Of a stretch of DNA of 64,000 bases, positions 10,236 to 20,784 are shown piece by piece (position 1 is the first letter of the stretch; each line of letters opens with the position of its first letter). The notes under the pieces were generated by a model, which did no database searches, was not told where the DNA came from, and saw only the letters and a list, made by a program, of their open reading frames with translations. The position numbers and the translations under genes were made by a program. Location of the stretch: positions 73,104-137,103 of the forward strand of contig CAWGIE010000023.1 in the NCBI GenBank assembly GCA_963822585.1. The letters are read 5' to 3'. The stretch is from an uncultured bacterium. GTDB lineage: Bacteria; Auribacterota; Erginobacteria; Erginobacterales; Erginobacteraceae.

Positions 10236-12941
10236 ATGAAGACTCACTCATCAACAGAGAAAACACTGATCGTTTTCGGTTCTCCTCCGCTGCCCGCCGA
10301 CGTGGTCCGGAAAGTTATAAAAAACCATCCGGCGATCGAATATGACGTCCTCGGTAGCGGTCTTACCGCCAATTATCTGCGTGACGCGGGGCTGGAAGGT
10401 GCTGACGTCATCGGCGAGGGAGGGGATTGGAAGACCAGGCTTTTACTGATCCGGTCCATCAGAAAGAAACGACCGGCAAGCGCCGTCTACATCGGGGTGA
10501 TGGCGGACCTGATCGGCCCCCTGACCGCCGCCCTCAGCGGCGCCGGACAGCGGCTGGCGAGCCATCCCTTTGCCCCCGGCACGTCCTCTCCCCGGCCGAT
10601 CCGCCTACTGCCGCTGCTGCTCGGAATCGCCGGACGGCTGATACTCTTTCTGGCCGCCGTCCCGGCGTTTTTAATCCTCCGGGTTCTTCTCGCCCGTTCC
10701 GGCATCCGGAGAGGGGAAATCTCCGGGGAATCGATTCCGGCGCCGGTAACGGGAGCCCAATCGCCCCCGGTAAGCCTGGTCGTCCCTAATTTCAACGGCA
10801 GAGAACTCCTCAAACTCTGTATCCCTTCCCTGGAGCGGGCACTGGACGCCTATCCGGGCGGGGGGGAGATCGTCGTGGTCGACGACGCCTCCTCCGATGG
10901 TTCGGCGGAATGGGTAAAAAAGGCCCACACCTCGGTTCAAGTCATCGCCTTCCCCGAGAACCGGGGTTTCGCCCGGGCTTCGAACCGGGGGATCGCGGAA
11001 GCGAAGAACCGGGTCGTGATCCTGCTCAACAGCGACATCATCGTCGCTCCCGATTTCATCGGGCCGCTGGTCGAGCACCTGCGCGATCCCGATCTCTTCG
11101 CGGTCCAGCCCCGGCTCGACACCTGGAAGGGGGACGGCCTCGACCTGGGCCTGAGCATGGGACACATGGAGAACGGTTACATCCGGATCTGGAACGAAAA
11201 AGAGACGGGCAATCCGCGTTATATTGACTATCCGGCCTCCAATCTCTACGCAGTGGGCGGGGCGATGGCCTTCGATAAAGAGAAATGGGACCGGCTGGGA
11301 GGGTTCGACGAGATTTATTATCCTTTCTGCTGGGAGGACATCGATGTCTCTTACCGGGCATGGAAAAGAGGCTGGAAGGTCCTCTACGAACCGAAGAGCC
11401 GCGTCCGGCACCTCCACTACGGCACCATCTCCCGTTTCTTCGCCCCCGAATACAAACGGGTGATCGAGCAGAAGAACGAGTTGCTTTTCATCTGGAAAAA
11501 TATCCATTCCCCCCGGCTCTGGAAGAGCCACCTCGCCAACCTACCCCGGCTCCTGCTCTCGGCGCTGCTGACCGGGAACCTGGCCTTTTACCGGGCTTTC
11601 TGGAAGGCCCTGGCGGAGATCGGTGCCGCCGGCAGGGAGCGAAAACGCGAAATCGGGAGCGGGCGGGTGACGGACGAAGTCGTTTTCAGTCGGTCTCTTC
11701 TCCCCTACCGGAACTGGGTCAAAAGGGGATTCCGGGAAAGAGACCCCGGAGAAAAGCTCCAGGTACTTATAATCACCAATGTCATTCCCTATCCCCCCAA
11801 CGACGGGGGGAAGATCCGTCTCTACCAGATACTCAAGAACCTGGGCGGCCGTTATGACATACATTTCGTTTCCTTCTACTATCATGAAAATGAGCTTCAT
11901 CAGCTGGACGAGATCCGTGGATTCTGCCGTTACGTCGACGTGGTCCGTTTCATTCCCCGACCCCTGAACCTTTCCCAGAGAATCTTCTGCCCCGAATTCT
12001 GCCAGAGCTGGATCACCCCCGAGATGGTCAACCTGATCGGCGAAATCGTCAGGACGCGGCCGATCGACCTGGTCCAGATCGATCTGACCCTGATGGCTTA
12101 CTGCCAACGACTGGTTGACGATATCCCCACAATCTTTGTCGAACTGGACGCCGGCATCCTGAAGTTCGGCCAGAGCTATAACCCGGCCCGGCGGGGGTGG
12201 AAAAAACCGCTGGAGCTCTATGAATGGCTGAGGATGCTGGAGTTCGAGCTGGATTTCCTGCCCGCTTTTACCAAAGTTATCACGCTGAGCGACGATGACG
12301 AGAAACTTCTGAAATCGTTTCTCCCCGATCTGGACATCTCGACCGTGACCATGGGCACCGACCTCGATCATTTCCTGGAGCCCTATCGCCCGGTTGACAA
12401 CCACCGGATCCTCTACGTAGGCTCATTGGGTCATTACCCCAACGTGGATGCCGTCCGCTGGTTTGTCTCCGCCATCCTTCCGGAAATCCGCCGGACGATC
12501 CCCGACGCCACGATGACCATCGTGGGGAGCGGGGATCCCGCCTCGATCGCCGACATGCGGGAGCGGGCCGGTGTGGAATATATCGGGCCGGTCGAGGACG
12601 TGAGGCCCTACCTGCGCGAGGCAGCCGTCTTCGTCGCCCCGGTGCGCCTCGGATCCGGGATGAAGGGGAAGGTTCTGGAAGCCCTGGCCATGGCCAAACC
12701 GATGGTCGCCACCTCGGTAGCCGCCGGGGGCATCCCGGTCGTCTCCGGGGAACATCTCATCATCGCCGACGATCCGCAATCGTTCGCCGACGGCGTGATC
12801 AGGCTCTTCCGGGACCCGGATCTGAGGGAAAAAGTCGCCCGGAACGGCCAGGATCTGGTCAGGGAGAACTTCGGCTGGAAGAAAAAAGCGGACGAGATGG
12901 ATCAAATATACCAACAAATTCTTGCCGAAACGCGCCTTTAA
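10236..12941 (+). CDS. Fused GT2 + GT4 glycosyltransferase
   Basis: GT2 motifs VSLVVPNFNG, VVDDASSDGS, LLNSD, GGFDEIY..WEDID; GT4 motifs YPPNDGGKIR, GSGMKGKVLEALAMAKPMV. Confidence 0.92.
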   Translation: MKTHSSTEKTLIVFGSPPLPADVVRKVIKNHPAIEYDVLGSGLTANYLRDAGLEGADVIGEGGDWKTRLLLIRSIRKKRPASAVYIGVMADLIGPLTAALSGAGQRLASHPFAPGTSSPRPIRLLPLLLGIAGRLILFLAAVPAFLILRVLLARSGIRRGEISGESIPAPVTGAQSPPVSLVVPNFNGRELLKLCIPSLERALDAYPGGGEIVVVDDASSDGSAEWVKKAHTSVQVIAFPENRGFARASNRGIAEAKNRVVILLNSDIIVAPDFIGPLVEHLRDPDLFAVQPRLDTWKGDGLDLGLSMGHMENGYIRIWNEKETGNPRYIDYPASNLYAVGGAMAFDKEKWDRLGGFDEIYYPFCWEDIDVSYRAWKRGWKVLYEPKSRVRHLHYGTISRFFAPEYKRVIEQKNELLFIWKNIHSPRLWKSHLANLPRLLLSALLTGNLAFYRAFWKALAEIGAAGRERKREIGSGRVTDEVVFSRSLLPYRNWVKRGFRERDPGEKLQVLIITNVIPYPPNDGGKIRLYQILKNLGGRYDIHFVSFYYHENELHQLDEIRGFCRYVDVVRFIPRPLNLSQRIFCPEFCQSWITPEMVNLIGEIVRTRPIDLVQIDLTLMAYCQRLVDDIPTIFVELDAGILKFGQSYNPARRGWKKPLELYEWLRMLEFELDFLPAFTKVITLSDDDEKLLKSFLPDLDISTVTMGTDLDHFLEPYRPVDNHRILYVGSLGHYPNVDAVRWFVSAILPEIRRTIPDATMTIVGSGDPASIADMRERAGVEYIGPVEDVRPYLREAAVFVAPVRLGSGMKGKVLEALAMAKPMVATSVAAGGIPVVSGEHLIIADDPQSFADGVIRLFRDPDLREKVARNGQDLVRENFGWKKKADEMDQIYQQILAETRL

Positions 12942-12956
12942 CCATCATATTAATTC

Positions 12957-13235
12957 ACCACGAAGAACACGAAGGACACGAAGAGATATTGTGGTATTTA
13001 CATTGGAGATTCTCTTCCATTTTGAGTAGGCAAAAACCTGATCAATGTCATTGCGAGAAGCGTTTGCCCCGAAGCAATCTCTGAATAACTACCCAGCCAT
13101 ATTTTTCTCATGCTCTAAATTAAGGAAAATATCATGAGATTGCTTCGGCCTGCGACCTCGCAATGACGAATTGTTTAGTACTTGTGAAAAATTGGAGAAA
13201 ACCGCATTCAATAATCATTTGTGTCCTTCGTGGTT
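12957..13235. repeat. 9-bp-periodic palindromic element (CACGAAGGA family) with a nested GTCATTGCGAG...CTCGCAATGAC hairpin element (13047-13167)
   Basis: accacgaagaacacgaaggacacgaag ... tttgtgtccttcgtggtt encloses gtcattgcgagaagcg..gaagcaatctc ... gagattgcttcg..ctcgcaatgac. Confidence 0.8.
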
Positions 13236-13275
13236 TTAATGGATTTTTTCTATATTTTTTCGCAGAAAACATAAA

Positions 13276-13497
13276 ATGAATGATCGACTGAACAGTTTAG
13301 AAAGAAGAAGCTTGTCGGAGGGGGAAGTGGGCCCGGCGGATGAGGAGCTGGCGCCGCTTTCCAGGGTGCTTCTATCCTATGTGTTACGAATCCTCCTGCC
13401 GGTAATATATGCGTTTACCTACGGCATGGCCTTTGTTTATCTGACGGTGAAGATAAGCCGGCGACTTCTTCAACGGCGCATGCGGAGACACTTTTAA
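13276..13497 (+). CDS. Small membrane protein, possibly an internally deleted paralog of the radical SAM gene at 14895
   Basis: 73 aa with one hydrophobic segment; MNDRL start and GMAFVYL segment resemble MTDRL and GLVFLYL of 14895..16178. Confidence 0.45.
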   Translation: MNDRLNSLERRSLSEGEVGPADEELAPLSRVLLSYVLRILLPVIYAFTYGMAFVYLTVKISRRLLQRRMRRHF

Positions 13498-13506
13498 CCA
13501 TGTAAT

Positions 13507-14772
13507 ATGTTCTATGTTCAGAATTCGGTCAGGATAACAGCCATCCCAATTAAACTGATGCTTACTTCATCGACAGGAAAGGCAAGAAAAAATCAGATAT
13601 TGATGATTACCAGTGTCGTCCCCTTCCCCCCCAATGACGGGGGCAAGATCCGGATCTTTGAGATGCTGAAGAATCTGGCCGACCGTTACGATATTCATCT
13701 CGTCTGTTTTTACCGTGATCGGGCCGAACGGGAACGGCTGGAGGGGATCCGTCCCTTCTGCCGCACCGCCCAGGCAGTGCTTTTTGACTCCCGGCCTTTG
13801 AAGATCTTCGCCCGGGCGCTCCTGCCGCAGTACTGCCAGAACTGGATCAACCCCGCCATGGCGGAAAAGATAATCGAGATCCTGCAATCGGAACCGATTG
13901 ATCTCGTTCAGATCGATTTCACGCTGATGGCCTACTATGGCCGTGTCATCGTGGATATCCCCTCCATCTTCGTGGAACACGATGCCGGTATTTTAAAGTT
14001 CGGTAAGAGCTATAACCCCTCCGGTCGGGGATGGAAGAAACTCCTGGAATTCTATGAATGGATGAGAATGCTGCGCTTCGAGCTCACGCTCCTGCCCTGC
14101 TTCACCCGGGTGGTCACCCTGAATAAAGAGGATGAGAAGCTGCTGAAATCTTTTCTTCCCTCCCTGGACATCTCGACCGTGACCATGGGAACCGACCTGG
14201 AGCAGTTCCTCGATCCGTACCGCGGGGTGGAAAACAAGAAGATGATCTACGTCGGCTCCCTGGATCATTACCCCAACGTGGACGCCGTCAGCTGGTTTGT
14301 TTCCTCCGTGCTCCCCCTGATCCGGGAAACAGAACCGGAGGCGACGCTGATGATCGTCGGCAGCGGCAAATCCGAACGTATCGATGATATCAGAGGGAAA
14401 CCGGGGGTTGAATACGTCGGTCCGGTTGAGGACGTGCGGCCCTTCCTGCGGGAGGCGGCCGTCTTCGTCGCCCCGGTCCGGCTCGGGTCGGGGATGAAGG
14501 GGAAGGTCCTGGAAGCGCTGGCCATGGCCAAACCGATGGTCGCCACTTCGGTCGCCGCCGGGGGAATCCCGGTCATCTCCGGCGAGCACCTCATCATCGC
14601 CGACGACCCGCAATCGTTCGCCGACGGCGTGATCAGGCTTTTCCGGGACGCGTCCCTGAGGGGAAAAGTCGCCCGAAACGGCCAGCAGCTGGTCAGGGAA
14701 AATTTCGGCTGGAAGAAGAAGGCCGATGAGATGGATAAGATCTATCGCGAGATCCTGGCCGATCCGTACTGA
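13507..14772 (+). CDS. GT4 glycosyltransferase, close paralog of the C-terminal domain of 10236..12941
   Basis: FPPNDGGKIR, IDLVQID, and GSGMKGKVLEALAMAKPMVATSVAAGGIPV identical to the upstream gene. Confidence 0.92.
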   Translation: MFYVQNSVRITAIPIKLMLTSSTGKARKNQILMITSVVPFPPNDGGKIRIFEMLKNLADRYDIHLVCFYRDRAERERLEGIRPFCRTAQAVLFDSRPLKIFARALLPQYCQNWINPAMAEKIIEILQSEPIDLVQIDFTLMAYYGRVIVDIPSIFVEHDAGILKFGKSYNPSGRGWKKLLEFYEWMRMLRFELTLLPCFTRVVTLNKEDEKLLKSFLPSLDISTVTMGTDLEQFLDPYRGVENKKMIYVGSLDHYPNVDAVSWFVSSVLPLIRETEPEATLMIVGSGKSERIDDIRGKPGVEYVGPVEDVRPFLREAAVFVAPVRLGSGMKGKVLEALAMAKPMVATSVAAGGIPVISGEHLIIADDPQSFADGVIRLFRDASLRGKVARNGQQLVRENFGWKKKADEMDKIYREILADPY

Positions 14773-14858
14773 ACCACGAAGGACACGAAGGTCACGAAGA
14801 ATTACTAAATATTGTTCTCTTTCAATATTTCTTCGTGTCCTTCGTGTTCTTCGTGGTT
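14773..14858. repeat. 9-bp-periodic palindromic element
   Basis: accacgaaggacacgaaggtcacgaagaa ... ttcttcgtgtccttcgtgttcttcgtggtt. Confidence 0.88.
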
Positions 14859-14894
14859 TAATTGATTAATGTAGTTTAATGTGACAAAGACATA

Positions 14895-16178
14895 ATGACT
14901 GATCGGTTAACAAGATTAATGAGAGCAAGCTCGGCGTGGCTGGAAGCGGGTAAAACCACCGGCAGCCCGCGGCCGGATCCGGCCGCCGGGCCGCGGGAAC
15001 TCCATCTCGAGCTGACCTACAGCTGCAACCAGAAATGCCTGATGTGCGATATCTGGCCCCGCTACCGGGATAATCCGGAGCTGAAGAAAGAGGAGCTGAC
15101 CTTCGAGGAGATCACGTCGCTGGTTGAAAATTCACAACTGCTCCGGGATCTGGAACTGATCCTTTTCTCGGGCGGCGAACCCTTCCTCCGTCCCGACCTG
15201 GCCCGGCTGGTATCATTTTTTGCCGGGAAATATCCGAATGCTCAACTGGTCATCCTGAGCAACTGCTTCAACCGGGGATTGATTATCGACGCCCTGACCA
15301 CCGTCTTCACTGTCACGCCCCGAGCCCGAATCATGCTCGGCACCTCGCTGGACGGACTGGGCGACAAACATGACTCGGTGCGCGGAGTCACTGGAGCTTT
15401 CGACCGTCTCTGCGAAATACTGGCCGCGATCAAAGAGCGGTTCCCCGGGGTCTCCGTTGAAACCAACTTCACGATCACCCCCACCAATGCCGATCAGCTC
15501 TTTGGCGCCTTTTCGTTCACCCACAAAATGGGGATTGGTTTCACCTCCCAGTTTCCCATCCCCTGGGAGGGGACCGCCGATTTTTCCTGGGAGCCGGAAA
15601 AAGTGGAGAAAGTCGATCGGGACATCAACCGAATCATGCGGGAGATTCATCGTACGGAAGCAGGGCGGCTCGGTCCGGTACCCCCCCATCTGCTGGTCAG
15701 GCTTCATTATCTGAAAGGGATGCTTGATTACGAGAAAAACCCGCGGAGAATCTTCCCCCGCTGCCCGGCTCCCTACCGCTATGCCATGATCAGTCCCCAG
15801 GGAGACCTCTACTTCTGCCCCAAGCTGAAGGAGATGACGGTCGGAAACGTCCGGGAAATTTCCTTCGACCGACTCTGGCTGAGCGAAAAGGCGAAGAAAA
15901 TCAGAAAACACATAGACTCCGGAGCCTGCCACTGCTGGCTCAACTGCACCGCCTACATTAATATTGAAAAAGCCCTGGAGCGGGGGCAGCCCGCCGCCCG
16001 AAGATTATTCGTCTTAAGCTTCGAGAGAATATACAGATTCTACCGGCGCGGTCTCGCCAGAATAAGCCATCAGATCCGGGAGGTCCTCCAGCTTGCGGTG
16101 TGCGGACTGGTTTTTCTCTACCTCTGCCCGACAATCGGGGTCACTTACCTTGCCCGGTGGTGGCATTCCTCCCGCTGA
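14895..16178 (+). CDS. Radical SAM protein with SPASM/Twitch domain and C-terminal TM segment
   Basis: CNQKCLMC (CxxxCxxC), SGGEPFLR, SLDG..HD.VRG, C-terminal CPAP..ISPQGDLYFC..GN..CHCWLNC. Confidence 0.9.
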   Translation: MTDRLTRLMRASSAWLEAGKTTGSPRPDPAAGPRELHLELTYSCNQKCLMCDIWPRYRDNPELKKEELTFEEITSLVENSQLLRDLELILFSGGEPFLRPDLARLVSFFAGKYPNAQLVILSNCFNRGLIIDALTTVFTVTPRARIMLGTSLDGLGDKHDSVRGVTGAFDRLCEILAAIKERFPGVSVETNFTITPTNADQLFGAFSFTHKMGIGFTSQFPIPWEGTADFSWEPEKVEKVDRDINRIMREIHRTEAGRLGPVPPHLLVRLHYLKGMLDYEKNPRRIFPRCPAPYRYAMISPQGDLYFCPKLKEMTVGNVREISFDRLWLSEKAKKIRKHIDSGACHCWLNCTAYINIEKALERGQPAARRLFVLSFERIYRFYRRGLARISHQIREVLQLAVCGLVFLYLCPTIGVTYLARWWHSSR

Positions 16179-16184
16179 AAAGAA

Positions 16185-17825
16185 TCACTCCCCCTTTCTG
16201 ACCAGGAAAGGATGTCCCGGAGAAACCGGACCGTAGTGGTCCCCGATGTAATCCCGGACGGCGGGTGAGAGCTGTTCGAGATAGGGCCCGGAAATGACCA
16301 GGGCCGGTGGATGTTCCCGCAGGGCCGCCAGCAGGTCCTCCCCCTTCTCCCTCTCATCCAGCCACATCAGGACCCCCTCGTGCAAGTAGTAGTAATAATA
16401 GGCGTGGGGCCGGAAGACCCCCAGACCCGTCCAGCCGTCCAGGACCCGATCCTCGGGTCCGGTGATCTCCATCAAGTGACGGAGGGCTCCCAACCAGTTG
16501 CGGTTGTCCGATAGATGATAGCAGGCCAGGGCCATGAACGGTCGCACAAGGATGGCCAGACCGAGAAAGAAGGGGATGACTTTTTTCCATTTCATCTTTC
16601 GGGAAAGGAGCAAATAGAGGGTAATTATAAGAAACATGACTGTCAGAACCATTCCGATGGTGAGATCGCCGAGAGGCAACTCGAATGAATAACGCACCGA
16701 GAATTTCAGTAAAAGGGGAGGAACGATCCCGGAGATGAGGAGGATTACCCACCCGGCCAGCCGTAGCATCGGCGAACCGTTCATGATTGCGGTATAAAAG
16801 TTCGATAATCCGGAGGCCGCGTAGATCGCCAGCAGCGGTATGAATAACAGGTAATATTCCGGCCAGGAGACGATGATAATCCAGCTCCCGAGCACCGTAG
16901 ATAAAGCGGTAACCAGGAGCAAGAAGTGGCCTTCGCCGAAGCCGCGTCTATCCAGACTCTTTTTAATGGCGCCGAAGAAGCCGATAACTCCCCAGACGCA
17001 GAAGAAGGGGTTAAAAAAAACGAGCGTTTTCAGGTGCCATGGAGGCACCCTTCTCTGCCAGCGGAGTATGGCGAGAATGGTATTCCGCCAGATTTCCGGG
17101 AGTACCCCCTGAAAAAGAAAGTAGGACATGATGATCAGCAGGGGGAAGATACATCCTATTATGAAGGAGAAAAATTGGAGCAGTTTCGTCTTTTGCAGAG
17201 GAGAGCCGCGTATAATCCGATAGATAATCGCCGCCAATATACCGATCATGGGAAAGGCGATTTTCTGGGTACAGAGAAAAGCGGCACCGAGAGTAACACC
17301 TCCGAAAAACCAGCGGATTTTCCTCTGATCTTGATAACCTTTCAAAAGAAGATTAAGGGTTATGAGAAAAAGCAGGAGGGCCGGAACATCCGGGCGGATC
17401 TCCATGGTCCTCCAGAGGAAGATAAAGTTGTAGCTCAGCCATAACGTGGAAATCCAGGCAACAGTTCGATTAAACAGGCGGCGGGCGATTTGGAAAGTGA
17501 CGAATAAGATACAGAGGGTAAATATTTGGGAAATGCCCCGGGCGACATAGATGAGCGTCGGAGAGACTCCCAGGAGAAATGAAGGAGCCAGAAAATAATA
17601 ATAAAGAGGCATATGATGCTGGAAGAAATCCCGGCCGGGCACCAACCCCCGGAAGATGGAAAAGGCCGCGTGAAGATGCTCCATCTCATCCGGATCGGTA
17701 TAACGAACAAACACAAGGTGCGCACGGAAGATAAAAGTGAGGGCGATAAGTACCAGAGCAACCGCCGCCGCGAGTTTGGCATCGATAGTAAAAAAATATT
17801 GCCGATCCGGTACTTTGATAGTCAT
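16185..17825 (-). CDS. GT-C fold glycosyltransferase (ArnT/family 39-like)
   Basis: DPDEMEH, RDFFQHHMPL, EIRPDV motifs and many TM segments. Confidence 0.75.
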   Translation of the reverse strand: MTIKVPDRQYFFTIDAKLAAAVALVLIALTFIFRAHLVFVRYTDPDEMEHLHAAFSIFRGLVPGRDFFQHHMPLYYYFLAPSFLLGVSPTLIYVARGISQIFTLCILFVTFQIARRLFNRTVAWISTLWLSYNFIFLWRTMEIRPDVPALLLFLITLNLLLKGYQDQRKIRWFFGGVTLGAAFLCTQKIAFPMIGILAAIIYRIIRGSPLQKTKLLQFFSFIIGCIFPLLIIMSYFLFQGVLPEIWRNTILAILRWQRRVPPWHLKTLVFFNPFFCVWGVIGFFGAIKKSLDRRGFGEGHFLLLVTALSTVLGSWIIIVSWPEYYLLFIPLLAIYAASGLSNFYTAIMNGSPMLRLAGWVILLISGIVPPLLLKFSVRYSFELPLGDLTIGMVLTVMFLIITLYLLLSRKMKWKKVIPFFLGLAILVRPFMALACYHLSDNRNWLGALRHLMEITGPEDRVLDGWTGLGVFRPHAYYYYYLHEGVLMWLDEREKGEDLLAALREHPPALVISGPYLEQLSPAVRDYIGDHYGPVSPGHPFLVRKGE

Positions 17826-17926
17826 CTTTTTAAACTAATTCATCCATCGGATCAGTTTTAAATCATGGCCGAGCAGACATCGATCGCAGTGTAATAATCC
17901 GGATCGTTTATGAAAAATTTTAATTT

Positions 17927-19051
17927 TCATGAACGATCCGGTTTCGCTCTCAGAGAGAACGAAAATTTTTTATCCAGTATCCATTCGATGAAGTTACTTA
18001 CGAATACGGAAGAGAGAGCCACGGTGGTCATCAGGTATCTATTGCTGAAGTGGCTCCAATTCCAGTGAGTGTCTTTGGAAAAGAGAAGGAACTGAGCGGC
18101 AGCGAGAAGAAAGATGAGGATACATTCTTTTTTCTTCTTCATTCGTTTAAAATAAAAAAAGCCCGGGAGCGCGAATAACACAATGGGGCAAGTCGGTATT
18201 AAACCGTTTTTCAGATTAAATAGCTGGGAAATAACACCTTTCAATAGAGGCTGGGAAAAACGACCATTATAGGTAACGATTTTATAACCCTGGATGACCA
18301 TTCTATCGTATCCGGTAATGAACGGGGAACCGAACATTCTTCCATTCAGCCAGCCATAACAAAAAATCGGCAGAAAAAAACAGACTGCAAAAATGAGGAT
18401 ACTTTTTTTCCTTTCCTTCCAGGAGGTGAGAATCACATAGCCCAGGAAGAAGGGCACAAACAGCAGATTAGATAATTTCGCCCAGATGGAGAAGCTGAGT
18501 AAAATTGAACCGGCAACCTCTCTTTTTTTCAAAAGGTTGATCAAAGCGCCGAGAACTAAAAGGGTTGAGAAAACATCGGGGGAATAATTGTAGGAATAAT
18601 CATAAAATAGAGTCGCGGTCGCAAAAAGTAATGTGGTTAGGCAAGAAAGCGACTTACCATAAAATAGGCGATTGAGATTATAAATCGCCAACATCACCCC
18701 GATCACACAGACAACATTGAAAATAAGCAATCCCGGAGATTGGAAAATCAGATAAAAAGGTATCGATAAAAGAGGAAAGAGCAAAGAATGAATAGGCACT
18801 AATCGGTTGTTTTTGTCCAGAGCCGCTAAAGGCCAATTACCGCTGAGCAGATCAGCCCCCCGAGTATTGTTGGCAATATACCAATCATGGTCTTGCAAAA
18901 TAGATTCAATGAAATATTCATGGCAGATCATATCGCCCTTTAAAAAAGAATATCCTTGCAAATAGTTGGAAAGGATAGATGGAACATAGATCAGGATGAG
19001 GACCGCGACTAACAGAATCATCGTCTGTTTATCGGAGAGTTCCATTTTCAT
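17927..19051 (-). CDS. Multi-TM GT-C-like glycosyltransferase
   Basis: KGD motif after the first TM, FGSPFITGY, GLIPTCP, NRYL; many TM segments; low GC. Confidence 0.65.
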   Translation of the reverse strand: MKMELSDKQTMILLVAVLILIYVPSILSNYLQGYSFLKGDMICHEYFIESILQDHDWYIANNTRGADLLSGNWPLAALDKNNRLVPIHSLLFPLLSIPFYLIFQSPGLLIFNVVCVIGVMLAIYNLNRLFYGKSLSCLTTLLFATATLFYDYSYNYSPDVFSTLLVLGALINLLKKREVAGSILLSFSIWAKLSNLLFVPFFLGYVILTSWKERKKSILIFAVCFFLPIFCYGWLNGRMFGSPFITGYDRMVIQGYKIVTYNGRFSQPLLKGVISQLFNLKNGLIPTCPIVLFALPGFFYFKRMKKKKECILIFLLAAAQFLLFSKDTHWNWSHFSNRYLMTTVALSSVFVSNFIEWILDKKFSFSLRAKPDRS

Positions 19052-19100
19052 TTTAGGGGAAGCTCAATCCGATTCATGAATAAATCGGGACAGAGCAAGA

Positions 19101-20672
19101 TTAATCGTGCTGGGAGAATATGGTATATTGACCGATCTGTTTTTTTTGCTGGAAAATCATACCCATTTTTCGCCCGGCGGCTTCTGTGATCGTGACCACG
19201 AAGGCTGCTCTGCCGTTTCGCAGCACTTGTTCCAGCTCCGTTTCCGGTTTGTCGAAAAGCGAGTCGGTATCGCCTTCCCGCATTTTCTCCGGGAAACCAA
19301 GATAGGTATCCCGGAAATTTCTGGTGAATAAAACTTGTTTCCAGCTTGGGCACCAGGCTCCTCCTTTATCGAATGTCAGCCGTTCGGGGACGTAATAGAA
19401 AAGGTAATATTCCGAAGGAATCGGCCACCGATCTCCCAATTCCACCAGGATATTTTCTCCCGGGGAGAGGGAAGAGCTCATTCTTCTCAGGTATGTACCT
19501 AAAATATCAACGTCTCCTTCCCAGTGAGCGTAGCCCCGGACCGGCGGAATGGTTTTGGAAATATTGAATCCGATATTGATCATGATGACAACCAACAGAA
19601 GATATCCGAGTAGTTTCTGTTTGGTCCAGAGCCGATGCCAGCTCAATCCGGCGAGGGGGCAGAGAAGAAAAGCGATAATGAACATCGCCCGGGTCGGGGC
19701 AAGGTCGGCGCCGACGATCAAGTCGCTTAATTCATAACCCAAAAAAGCGAGTCCCAGGAAAAGGAGGTATCTAATCAAAAGCTTTTTTTTAACTTTAAAA
19801 ATACATAAAATTCCCAGGATTCCCAGCAACACAAGCAACGGCTCCATACGGAAGAGGTGTACCGGATAAACCAGAAGACGGGGAGCCACCTCGCCCTGCC
19901 GAGCGAAGTCGGAAAGATAATGATCGACGAAGCGCAACGCCTGACCTGTTCTCTGGTAGGCGTAAATCATGTAAAAGGGAATGAAAATGACGGATATGAC
20001 CCCGCAGATGAAAAAGGGGAAGATACGATGGCCCCGCGGAATCCCGGTCTGTTTCCTTATTTCCCGGTAAAGAATGCCCAGCAGCGCCAGATAGCAGATG
20101 ACAAATCCCCACCCTTCCGCGCGCTGGGCGGAGGCGAGGAGAAAAAAGACAGAGGCGGCGTACAATCTTCCCCAGGACGGTTTCGACTCCGGAGAGAAGA
20201 GAGAGCTTTCGAAGCGCAGGTAGAAATAGATCCCCCCCAGAATCCAGAAGCACATGATTATTTCCGACATGCATCCGATACTGCCCAAGAGGGCCGAGGG
20301 GATGAAAGCAGCGAATAATGACGCCACGATTGCTCCCCGATCATCCTTGAATAAAACGCGGGAGAGTAAAAAAACAAAAAAAACGATACCGGCTGAAAAG
20401 AAGATCGTCACCGTGGCCAGGGCGAGAGGAATGTCATGCCAGAACGTGAGTACGGTGCCGTAGAGAGCGAATTCCAGAGGGAAGCGGACCGGGTTATAGG
20501 TAATGAAAGGGGATTTAGACCATTTATATGCCGACAGTGCACGCCAGGCGTTATCTACATGGTAGGAATATCGGCCGTTGGCTATATCCAGGAGCAGGTA
20601 ATATTGAAAACACACGTGGACAAAAAGGATGATCAGCAAGATGATCCCAGCGATTTTAAAAGAGGACTTCAT
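19101..20672 (-). CDS. Multi-TM GT-C-like glycosyltransferase, paralog of 8466..10133
   Basis: YSYHVDNAWR (compare YSYHGDDEVR) and RAEGW (compare RYEGW). Confidence 0.7.
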   Translation of the reverse strand: MKSSFKIAGIILLIILFVHVCFQYYLLLDIANGRYSYHVDNAWRALSAYKWSKSPFITYNPVRFPLEFALYGTVLTFWHDIPLALATVTIFFSAGIVFFVFLLSRVLFKDDRGAIVASLFAAFIPSALLGSIGCMSEIIMCFWILGGIYFYLRFESSLFSPESKPSWGRLYAASVFFLLASAQRAEGWGFVICYLALLGILYREIRKQTGIPRGHRIFPFFICGVISVIFIPFYMIYAYQRTGQALRFVDHYLSDFARQGEVAPRLLVYPVHLFRMEPLLVLLGILGILCIFKVKKKLLIRYLLFLGLAFLGYELSDLIVGADLAPTRAMFIIAFLLCPLAGLSWHRLWTKQKLLGYLLLVVIMINIGFNISKTIPPVRGYAHWEGDVDILGTYLRRMSSSLSPGENILVELGDRWPIPSEYYLFYYVPERLTFDKGGAWCPSWKQVLFTRNFRDTYLGFPEKMREGDTDSLFDKPETELEQVLRNGRAAFVVTITEAAGRKMGMIFQQKKQIGQYTIFSQHD

Positions 20673-20784
20673 ACGAATGAATGCATGACGCTCGACCGGT
20701 CAGGTTACGGTTCAAGATAAGATCGGATGAGAATGACGGAAGCCCGTTCCTAACCTGACTTCCGCAACTGGGAACCCGTCTGCA

